In this document: positions 28,825 through 35,790 of the stretch, piece by piece
Layout: every line of letters starts with the position of its first letter
Position numbering within the stretch: position 1 is the stretch's first letter
DNA from: Armatimonadota bacterium
GTDB taxonomy: Bacteria > Armatimonadota > UBA10988
DNA: 35,790 bases
Reading direction: 5' to 3'
NCBI GenBank assembly: GCA_016235455.1
Contig: JACRKZ010000131.1
Coordinates: 1 to 35,790 of the forward strand
The notes under the pieces: generated by a model
What the model saw: the letters and a program-made list of their open reading frames with translations, nothing else
Told to the model about the DNA's origin: nothing
Database searches by the model: none
Translations under genes and position numbers: made by a program

Positions 28825-29427
28825 ATGGACGACGACGAACTGGCTATCTCCTTTGACGAGGTGGTGGAGCGGTACGAGAAGCGCGTCTTCAACCTGTTGC
28901 TGCGCATGGTCGACGACTATGACGAAGCAGCCGATCTGACCCAGGACGTGTTCGTTCAGGCCTACAAGGCGCTCGACAGCTTCCGTGGCGATTCCAAGAT
29001 CTACACGTGGCTGTACCGCATCGCCATCAACCGCTGTAAGAACCGCATCAAGCAGATCAATCGCAATGCGGCCTACATCGCCGGTTCGCTAGACGACCCG
29101 GTGGATGGCGAGGACACCCTCTCGCGGGATGTTCCCGACCTCAGCAACGCTCCAGAAACCTACCTCGAACGCGTCGAACTGCGCGAAGTGGTGCAGCGCG
29201 AGATCGCGCAGTTGCCGCACGATTTCCGTGTGGTGATTGTGCTGCGCGACCTGCAAGGCTTGAGCTACCGCGAAATGGCCGACGTGATCGGCATCAGCCT
29301 GGAGGCGGTCAAGAGCCGCCTGTTCCGGGCCCGGACGCAGTTGCGCGAGCGCCTGACGCCTTATCTGCGCGGCGAGGACATTCCTCCCGAGCCGACGGCG
29401 TCGCGTCGCGGGCCGCGCCGGTCCTGA
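28825..29427 (+). CDS. ECF RNA polymerase sigma factor (RpoE/SigW-like)
   Basis: Region 2: DEAADLTQDVFVQAYKALDSFRGDSKIYTWLYRIAIN. Region 4: LRDLQGLSYREMADVIGISLEAVKSRLFRAR. The start could be 28771 or 28789. Confidence 0.93.
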   Translation: MDDDELAISFDEVVERYEKRVFNLLLRMVDDYDEAADLTQDVFVQAYKALDSFRGDSKIYTWLYRIAINRCKNRIKQINRNAAYIAGSLDDPVDGEDTLSRDVPDLSNAPETYLERVELREVVQREIAQLPHDFRVVIVLRDLQGLSYREMADVIGISLEAVKSRLFRARTQLRERLTPYLRGEDIPPEPTASRRGPRRS

Positions 29428-29455
29428 CGTGCAAACCTAAGCGGCGAGGTGAGCT

Positions 29456-32050
29456 GTGAGCGTGGAGCGAGGATGGCGCGCATCGCGCGCCGGTGCGGCG
29501 CTGGTCGCCGTTGTACTGTCTGTGACGGCCGGTTGGGCCGGCGGCCGGGTGTCCACCCAGCCGGTTGGCCAACAGGTCCATCGGCTGCTGGCCGCCGAGA
29601 CGGCGCCGGCGCCGACCATTGCCCCCGCCAAGCAACCGGTGGTCGCGGCGATTGACGTGCAGCCCGCGCGTTACGAGGGACTCGTCCTCGACGCCATGCG
29701 CTGCAAGGTCGGTGAGCCGTTCGACGACGCCAAACTCCAGGCGGACGTCAACACCATCCTCGACCTGGGCTGGTTCCGTTTCACCACGGCCGGCGAGGCC
29801 GGCGGGTCGCGTGTCACCAAGGTGCCCAACGCCGCGGGCGAGATGGTGATCAACGTCAACCTGGTCGAGAATCCCATCGTGTCCGGCATCGAGTTCCACG
29901 GCGTGGCCGACACCGAGAAGCCCAGCGCCGAGCAGTTGGCCAACGAAATCGGCTACCTGCGGGTCGGCTGGCCGCTGAACACCAACCGCGACAAGATGGA
30001 CCGGGCGCTGCTGGCGCTCACCACGCTCTATCGCGGGCAGCTCAAGATCGACGCCAAGGTCGATCTGCTGCCGGCGACCGTCGCGCCGGGTCCGTATGAG
30101 ACCAAGGACGGCAAGCTCATCGTCCATCTGCAGGTGACCAAGACCGGCGAAGTAGCGCCGGGCGGCACCACGCCGACTCCCGCGACCCCCGGCGGAGGCA
30201 CGCCGACTCCCGGCACGCCCGGCGGCACTGCGCCGACTCCCGGTGGCGGCGTCACCACGCCGGCGCTGCCCGACTTGCGCATGCGCATCAGCAAGATCGA
30301 GGTGCAGGGCCTCAAGACGGTATCCGAGAGCCTCGTGCGCGACACCATCACCGTGCGCGAAGGCCAGATCTTTGACCGCGCCGTGGTGCAGGCCGACATC
30401 AACCGGCTCAATGCGCTGGGCTACTTCTACTTCCAGTCGGACCGCGAGTCGCTCTCGGCCATCGGCTATCCGCTGCCGCCGGCCAGCGAGCGCGGCTCGC
30501 GCGTCGAGCCCGTGCCCGAGCCCGACGGCCAGGGCCTGACGCTGGTCTTCCACCTGGTGGAGCATCCCACCATCCGCGCGGTGGAGCTCCGGGGCAATAC
30601 GCTGTTCACGCGCGACAAGCTGATCGGCCGCCTCAACCACCTCGTGGTGGGGCGCGCCTTCAAGGCGCTGGCCGACGTCATCGACCGCGAGTCGTCGCGC
30701 ATGACCGACCTGTACGGTGAGCAGGGCTACCGCGCGTTCGTCAACCTCGGCGCCGATGGCAAGCCGCTGCTCTCGCCGGTCGATGGTGGCGTCAAGGTCA
30801 GCTTCACCATCGTCGAGGCGCGTGTCGGCACCATCTCGTTCAAATACACGGGCCGCAAGCGCACCAACCCCAAGGTCTTCAGCGCGTACATGAAGACCAA
30901 GCCAGGCGCCTACTACAACCTCAACCGGATCCAGGAGGACACGCGCGAGATCATGCGCCTGGACGTGCTGGAGTCATTCGCGTTGAGCCGTGAGTCCGGC
31001 ATCGACCCGAAAGACCCGTCGCGCCTGAACCTGATCTTCGATGTGACCGAGAAGCGCACCATCAACCTGTCGGCCGGTGGCGGTATCTCGTCACGGTACG
31101 GTCTGGTCGGCTTCGTGGATGCCTCCGAGAGCAACCTGTTCGGCCTGGCGCACCGTGTCTCGGCGCGCGTCGAGGCGGGTGGCCGGTTCAACGCCGACCT
31201 CAACTACTTCTGGCCGCTGCTCGATGGCCGGGGTACGGAGTTCACCACCCGGCTCTACAACACCGACGACAAGACCGGGGCCACCGGCCTGGGCGCGTTC
31301 ACCAACCGCCGGCAGAACTTCGACCAGACGCGGCGCGGCGCCTCACTGCTGTTCTCGCGGCCCCTGGGCACGGGCATCCGCGCCTCGGTGGGCTACAAGA
31401 TCGAGAACGTGAGCACGGCGCGGCGAGGCACGTTGCTGCCCTCGCTGCCGCCGTTCCCGTTCCAGGATGTCGGCTCCGACACCACCAGTTCGGTGACCCT
31501 GGGCATCACGCGCGATGTGCGCGACTATCCGCTCGACGCCACGCGCGGCAGCTATGCTTCGGCCAGCCTGGAGTATGCCGGTCTGGGCGGCGACAACAAC
31601 TTCCAGAAGTACCGACTGGAAGGGCGCACCTACTTCCCCGTGCTCGGCGGCAAGGTGGCTTCGGGCCGCCGCGAGCCGCGGCCGGCGTGGGTGGTGGCGG
31701 GTCGGGGGCAGGTGTCCTACAGCACCGGCCGCCTGCCGTTCAGCCAGAGCTTCTTCGTGGGCGGCGCCGACAGTCTGCGCGGCTACAGCGAGGACCGCTT
31801 CTTTGGCAACCGCGCGTTCCTGATGAACCTGGAGCTGCGCCGCGCGCTGCCCAACAACATTCAGGTGGTGCTCTTCTTCGATGCTGGCCGGGCTTGGCGC
31901 CAGGGCGAGCCGCTCGACTTCTTCAGCAACCTGGCCACCTCGCTGGGTCTGGGCGCACGCGTGGCCACGCCACTGGGTCCCATCCGCCTCGATTACGGCT
32001 GGGGTGGGGAAGGCTCCAAGCTGCACTTCAGCTTCGGCCAGGCCTTCTAG
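29456..32050 (+). CDS. bamA: BamA/Omp85 outer-membrane protein assembly factor
   Basis: Signal peptide, about five POTRA-like repeats, and a barrel with SESNLFGLAH, FFVGGADSLRGY (loop 6), FFDAGRAW, TPLGPIRLDYG and a C-terminal FSFGQAF; followed by skp. Confidence 0.88.
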   Translation: MSVERGWRASRAGAALVAVVLSVTAGWAGGRVSTQPVGQQVHRLLAAETAPAPTIAPAKQPVVAAIDVQPARYEGLVLDAMRCKVGEPFDDAKLQADVNTILDLGWFRFTTAGEAGGSRVTKVPNAAGEMVINVNLVENPIVSGIEFHGVADTEKPSAEQLANEIGYLRVGWPLNTNRDKMDRALLALTTLYRGQLKIDAKVDLLPATVAPGPYETKDGKLIVHLQVTKTGEVAPGGTTPTPATPGGGTPTPGTPGGTAPTPGGGVTTPALPDLRMRISKIEVQGLKTVSESLVRDTITVREGQIFDRAVVQADINRLNALGYFYFQSDRESLSAIGYPLPPASERGSRVEPVPEPDGQGLTLVFHLVEHPTIRAVELRGNTLFTRDKLIGRLNHLVVGRAFKALADVIDRESSRMTDLYGEQGYRAFVNLGADGKPLLSPVDGGVKVSFTIVEARVGTISFKYTGRKRTNPKVFSAYMKTKPGAYYNLNRIQEDTREIMRLDVLESFALSRESGIDPKDPSRLNLIFDVTEKRTINLSAGGGISSRYGLVGFVDASESNLFGLAHRVSARVEAGGRFNADLNYFWPLLDGRGTEFTTRLYNTDDKTGATGLGAFTNRRQNFDQTRRGASLLFSRPLGTGIRASVGYKIENVSTARRGTLLPSLPPFPFQDVGSDTTSSVTLGITRDVRDYPLDATRGSYASASLEYAGLGGDNNFQKYRLEGRTYFPVLGGKVASGRREPRPAWVVAGRGQVSYSTGRLPFSQSFFVGGADSLRGYSEDRFFGNRAFLMNLELRRALPNNIQVVLFFDAGRAWRQGEPLDFFSNLATSLGLGARVATPLGPIRLDYGWGGEGSKLHFSFGQAF
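30157..30262 (+). repeat. Degenerate 30-bp tandem repeat encoding a PGG(T/G)(T/A)PTPxT linker
   Basis: CGCCGACTCCC at 30171, 30201 and 30231; protein APGGTTPTPATPGGGTPTPGTPGGTAPTPGGGVTTP. Confidence 0.85.
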
Positions 32051-32054
32051 ACCG

Positions 32055-32083
32055 GGAACCGGGGTGGGCTGAGCCCAGTCTGA
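32055..32083 (+). promoter_or_regulatory. Candidate sigmaE-type (ECF) promoter for skp
   Basis: GGAACC-N17-GTCTGA, 22 nt upstream of the skp ATG; resembles the GGAACTT...GTCTGA sigmaE pattern. Confidence 0.4.
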
Positions 32084-32105
32084 CGAACCATCAGAGGAGA
32101 GATAG

Positions 32106-32750
32106 ATGACGAAGCGCGCCCGAGCCGGTTGGCTCATCGTGGCGGTGATGGCGGCCGTGTGCGCTCGCCCCGTGCGGGCTCAGCAGACGCCTAACATCGG
32201 CAAGGTCGAGATGGACCAGGTCTTCGCCAAGTTCGAGTACTTCAAGGAGAAGGCCAAGGAGTTCCAGGAGTTGAGCCGCCGGCTCAACGCTGAGTTCGAC
32301 GAGCGCCGGGTGAACTTCCCCTTGCTGCTCGACGAGGAGTACAACAAGCTCATCGAGCTGCGCAACAAGGCCCCGCTGAGCGCCGACGAGAAGAAGGAAT
32401 TCGAGCGCCTGACGCGTCTCGGCGACGACCGTGACGCGCAGTTGGCGCGGCTGTCGGTGCTGGAGGACAACAAGATCACCGCTGAGGAGAAGAAGCTCCG
32501 GCAGCAGTTGATGGCCATCCGCACCCAGGCTCAGGAGCAGCAGAAGGCCATGGGCGAGAAGCACCAGGCCACGCTGGCCAAGCAGGACGAGGACATGAGC
32601 AAAGAGGTCCGCTCGCGCATGGAGGCGGCCGCCAAGGCCATCGCCGCCGAGAACAACCTCATCGCCGTGCTGCAGTCCGATGTGGTGCTGTTCGGCGGCA
32701 TCGACATCACCGACAAAGTCGTTGAGCGGCTGAACGCCAAGCCCAAGTAG
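32106..32750 (+). CDS. skp: OmpH/Skp family periplasmic chaperone
   Basis: GAGGAG RBS, signal peptide ending VRA-QQ, IGKVEMDQVF, long coiled coil, VVLFGGIDITDKVVERLN; directly after bamA. Confidence 0.87.
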   Translation: MTKRARAGWLIVAVMAAVCARPVRAQQTPNIGKVEMDQVFAKFEYFKEKAKEFQELSRRLNAEFDERRVNFPLLLDEEYNKLIELRNKAPLSADEKKEFERLTRLGDDRDAQLARLSVLEDNKITAEEKKLRQQLMAIRTQAQEQQKAMGEKHQATLAKQDEDMSKEVRSRMEAAAKAIAAENNLIAVLQSDVVLFGGIDITDKVVERLNAKPK

Positions 32751-32760
32751 CCGGGCGCCG

Positions 32761-33207
32761 TCAGTCGTCGATACAGCCCGCGACCCGGGGGTCGCGGGCT
32801 GCGTCATTTGGGGGGCCAGGCCAAGCGGTCGGCTCGCGCCCGAGATAGGCCAGGTGCGAACCGCAGCCCTGCCGGCAGTCGGAACTGCCAAACCCGCGCG
32901 CCGGCAGAGTGACCCCGGCCTGCGCGCACAGCTGTTGGTGCGTAGCGCACTCACCGTCGGCGACGGGCAGCAGTCGCACCGCGACCACGGTGGCCACGGT
33001 GGTCAGGTAGTCGATGTGCCAGCGCAGCGGCTTGATCGACGCGCGGTGGCGCGCCACGCGCCGCGCCCGCGCGCGTAGCGCCGAGCCGGTGTAGACGTAG
33101 TAACCGGCGGCCAGATCAAAGGTGCCCAGGCGGCCGACGGTCACGGTCTCGGCCTGCGGCAAGTGCAGCAGCAACTGGTAGAGGCCGCTGTCGCTGTCGG
33201 CGGTCAT
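32761..33207 (-). CDS. DUF123 / Uri superfamily GIY-YIG endonuclease
   Basis: GLYQLLL, VGRLG, GYYVYTGSA, RVARH, LRWHIDYL, EC, GFGSSDC..C.SHL; the ATG overlaps the LysE stop (ATGA). Confidence 0.88.
   Translation of the reverse strand: MTADSDSGLYQLLLHLPQAETVTVGRLGTFDLAAGYYVYTGSALRARARRVARHRASIKPLRWHIDYLTTVATVVAVRLLPVADGECATHQQLCAQAGVTLPARGFGSSDCRQGCGSHLAYLGREPTAWPGPPNDAARDPRVAGCIDD
32774..32801. repeat. GC-rich hairpin between convergent skp and DUF123 (possible terminator or REP)
   Basis: 12-bp stem CAGCCCGCGACC/GGTCGCGGGCTG with a 4-nt loop; overlaps the last codons of DUF123; no clear U tract. Confidence 0.5.
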
Positions 33208-33863
33208 GCCGCGCCGGCCTCGGGCTCGGGCCGGCGCAGGCCGAAGGCCACGAAGCGCACGCCATAGACCACCAGCATCAGCGCGCAGATGCCAATGAGC
33301 CCGCGGAACACGCCGTCGCTCAGCAGCGCGCGGCCCGTGGCGACCAGCGTGGTGACCAACGTGTACCAGACCAGATCGGCGCTGAAGTGGCCAAGGTAGA
33401 AGGCGACGGCGCCGCGGCGCCCGCGTTGGGCCATGGCCGGCCCAAACAGGCCCAGCCCGATGGTGGCCCACCAGATCCAGAAGTACGGGTTGCTCGCGCT
33501 CAGCAGCATGCCGGCGAGGACGGGTCCGGCGGTCTGCGGCTGCTGCGTCACGGCCTGGAGCGACAGATGCGGCAGGCCACGGAACATGTCCCAGGCCATC
33601 AACAGCAGCGTCAGCCCGCCCACCAGGCCGATGATGCGGACCAGCGGAGAGCCCGGCTTGGACAGCCAACGCGCCAGGCCGGCCGCCAGGGCGATGACCA
33701 CCGACACCTCCAGCACGAAGTGGCCGAGCATGATGGCCGGGCCGGCCAGCGCGCCCCAAGGTCCCGCGGCGAAGAAGATGGCCGCGGCCAGCACCGGCCC
33801 CGGCATGGCCGCGCCGCTGAACCCGGTGACGAAGGCGCTGCTGGCGATCTGGCTCAGTCGCAT
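33204..33863 (-). CDS. LysE family translocator
   Basis: GFSGAAMPGP, LGHFVLE, GMLLSASNPYFWIWWATIG, FYLGHFSADLVWY; about six TM helices. Confidence 0.9.
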   Translation of the reverse strand: MRLSQIASSAFVTGFSGAAMPGPVLAAAIFFAAGPWGALAGPAIMLGHFVLEVSVVIALAAGLARWLSKPGSPLVRIIGLVGGLTLLLMAWDMFRGLPHLSLQAVTQQPQTAGPVLAGMLLSASNPYFWIWWATIGLGLFGPAMAQRGRRGAVAFYLGHFSADLVWYTLVTTLVATGRALLSDGVFRGLIGICALMLVVYGVRFVAFGLRRPEPEAGAA

Positions 33864-33869
33864 GATGTC

Positions 33870-35216
33870 CTACTCGACCTTGAAGTCCGGTTCGGCGCCA
33901 GGCGAGGTGATGCACCACGCGCCCGGGGTGTCAGGCTCCAACGGAATGGCCATCTGGTTGCCCAGCCAGCGCATGGATAGCTTCCTGGCCTCACCATCCA
34001 GTGTGACGCGCCACAGGATCTTATCGTCGAGCCGCAGGCCGGTGGCAACGTAGCGCGCGTCCCAGGCGACCGCGGCGGTGCTGACCGGCGTGCGTCGCGG
34101 GCCGGTGATGCGGCGGTTCAGGTCGGCCAGAATGCCGTCCAGCAGGCGCTCGTCGTCGGGCATCGACAAGTCCTCGGGCTTCTGCCCCGCGGCCCACGGG
34201 TGCGGATTCCAGAGCAGCATCGTGTCGCAGCCGGCCAGTGCCAGATGGAGCACCAACTCGCGATAGTAGGGTGTGCCCGCGATGGGCACCACCGGTGCGC
34301 CGGGCCCATCGCCGGCGTAGCGCGGCCAGGCGACCCACGGCATGATGGGCCTGGCCGAGCTGCGCTGCATGGCGCGCAGTTGGTTGAGCGACCGCAGCAT
34401 GCCGGCGAACGGCGACCGGCCGAGCGGTCTGGTGCCGGCCAGTGTCTTGTCACCCACCTGGCCCAGCCCACAGTAGAAGTCGGACGACTGGTGCGTGCCC
34501 ACGCCCTGCCCAAGGGTGTACTGCATATGCCCGTTGATGTCGGGCACGGCGTTGCGCTCGGTCATGGCATAGCTGCCGTAGTTGCAGGCGCGCGCTGCGG
34601 GGAAGAGCCGGCGGATAGGCGCGAAGACCGCCTCCTCCAGCGCCTTGTCGACGTTGGCCCCCAGCACCGCGTTCCAGCGCAGGTAGTTGCGGCCGGAGGT
34701 GTAGTTAGCCACGGTCATCAGGTCATTGAACCCGAGCCGGATGGCCAACTCCTCAAAGCGCGGGTCGGCGGCGATGGCGCGGTAGCGGTCGGCCTTGTCG
34801 GCACCGCCGATCGACCAGTTGCTGTAACCGCCCTCGAAGTCGAGCACGAACAGGTCGAGTTGACCACCGGCCGCCTTGAACTCGGCGAAGAACTGCTCGA
34901 AGCGCGCGCGAACGGCCTTGACGCCATGCTCCGGCCAGACGCCGCGCTGGGTCGTGGGCTGGTCGTCGGCAGTGCGGCAGACGTCGTCGGGGTGTTCGAG
35001 CAGGTCGCGGTGCAGGTCCCACGAGAACAGCACGCGCCGCCCCTCCGGCCGCGCAGCGGTCTGCGCCGCCAGTTCGGCGGGCTTGCTGTCGCGCCGCACC
35101 CAGAGCATCGGCGTGATGTGCCGCACCTCGTCGGGCACCGGCGACCAGCTGTAGGCGTGAATGTCCGGCGCGGCGGCGGCGCAGAGGGTGGTGAGCAGAG
35201 CTGCGGTGAGCAGCAT
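33870..35216 (-). CDS. Secreted hypothetical protein (possible TIM-barrel glycosidase-like fold)
   Basis: Signal peptide MLLTAALLTTLCAAAA; alternating beta/alpha pattern with LFVLDFEGG, CNYG, IMPWVAW, LLWNP; codon pattern and operon spacing consistent with a real gene. Confidence 0.65.
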   Translation of the reverse strand: MLLTAALLTTLCAAAAPDIHAYSWSPVPDEVRHITPMLWVRRDSKPAELAAQTAARPEGRRVLFSWDLHRDLLEHPDDVCRTADDQPTTQRGVWPEHGVKAVRARFEQFFAEFKAAGGQLDLFVLDFEGGYSNWSIGGADKADRYRAIAADPRFEELAIRLGFNDLMTVANYTSGRNYLRWNAVLGANVDKALEEAVFAPIRRLFPAARACNYGSYAMTERNAVPDINGHMQYTLGQGVGTHQSSDFYCGLGQVGDKTLAGTRPLGRSPFAGMLRSLNQLRAMQRSSARPIMPWVAWPRYAGDGPGAPVVPIAGTPYYRELVLHLALAGCDTMLLWNPHPWAAGQKPEDLSMPDDERLLDGILADLNRRITGPRRTPVSTAAVAWDARYVATGLRLDDKILWRVTLDGEARKLSMRWLGNQMAIPLEPDTPGAWCITSPGAEPDFKVE

Positions 35217-35301
35217 GGCAGCGACTCCAGGACTCAGCCTAGCTTACCAGCCTGGCGGCCGCGCGACGAGTCCGCCGCCCCGCGATGCTCCGATATCACA
35301 G

Positions 35302-35330
35302 TTGCGCGCCCCGTGGCGGGAGATTATAGT
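35302..35330 (+). promoter_or_regulatory. Putative sigma70-type promoter upstream of the transposase-like ORF
   Basis: TTGCGC-N17-TATAGT. Confidence 0.5.
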
Positions 35331-35428
35331 TGAAAGGTCTGAACCGAGTGCCCTAGGGGGGCATCCGGCACGTTCCGCTAACAAAGGGGGCGAACGTGGT
35401 TACGAATGGCACGTTGCATCTTGATCTG

Positions 35429-35749
35429 ATGTGCTGGCAGATCCCCGACGAGATCTGGGAGAGCTGCCAGGACGTCTTGCACCGCTACGACCCACCGCGC
35501 ATCACCGGCCGCAAGCGCATTGCGCAACGGCTGGCGCTGAGCGGGGTGTTGTACCACCTGCACACCGGCTGTTGCTGGAACCGGCTGCCTCGGCAGTTCG
35601 GCGACGACAGCTCGGTCCATCGCACGCTCCAGCGCTGGAAGCGCTCTGGGGCCTGGGAGGAGATGCGCGCCATTCTACGTGGCGCGGGTCTGCTCATGTT
35701 GCCCGAGGAGCGCAACGAGCGCATCGACGTCACGGCGTCGGTCAGTTAG
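35429..35749 (+). CDS. IS5-family transposase N-terminal domain (DUF4096-like), truncated or orphan
   Basis: IPDEIWE, TGRKR, LSGVLYHLHTGCCWNRLPRQFGDDSSVHRTLQRWKRSGAWE; stops just after IDVT, with no full DDE domain. The start could be 35396. Confidence 0.75.
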   Translation: MCWQIPDEIWESCQDVLHRYDPPRITGRKRIAQRLALSGVLYHLHTGCCWNRLPRQFGDDSSVHRTLQRWKRSGAWEEMRAILRGAGLLMLPEERNERIDVTASVS

Positions 35750-35790
35750 TTGCACGCGCGGCTTGAATTCGGCGCGCTGGGCAACGATAA

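Noticed and set aside
32761-33918. 385-aa ORF suggesting a long DUF123 fusion
   Set aside because: The upstream part is an alternative frame of the LysE gene; the real start is ATG 33207, coupled to the LysE stop.
35391-35403. CGAACGTGGTTAC as a LexA (Cheo) box
   Set aside because: The spacing and right half do not fit CGAAC-N4-GTTCG.

Overview
High-GC bacterial chromosomal window of about 24 genes from a diderm; the gene set suggests a diderm Terrabacteria lineage such as Armatimonadota, which is inference only. The left half is a metabolic and regulatory mix: partial GH2-type glycosidase, DUF6174-like lipoprotein, Tat-exported Gfo/Idh/MocA oxidoreductase, Eis-like GNAT, GAF/HD-GYP phosphodiesterase, a ~1200-aa secreted multidomain protein, HAD phosphatase, uronate isomerase, DUF2203 plus Fur, and a phosphate-energy block (ppk2, K+-independent hppA, ATP-type pfkA). 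The right half is a tightly packed + strand run: pfkA, comF, a giant ~2850-aa TamB/AsmA-like protein, two TolB-like (PD40) beta-propeller lipoproteins, an ECF sigma factor with no adjacent anti-sigma, a BamA with POTRA domains split by a Pro/Thr/Gly linker, and skp. This expanded outer-membrane biogenesis locus is the best candidate for an undescribed system. The window ends with DUF123/GIY-YIG, LysE, a secreted hypothetical and an orphan IS5-like transposase N-terminus. I found no rRNA, tRNA or CRISPR array. All family calls come from motif recognition by eye, not from database searches.
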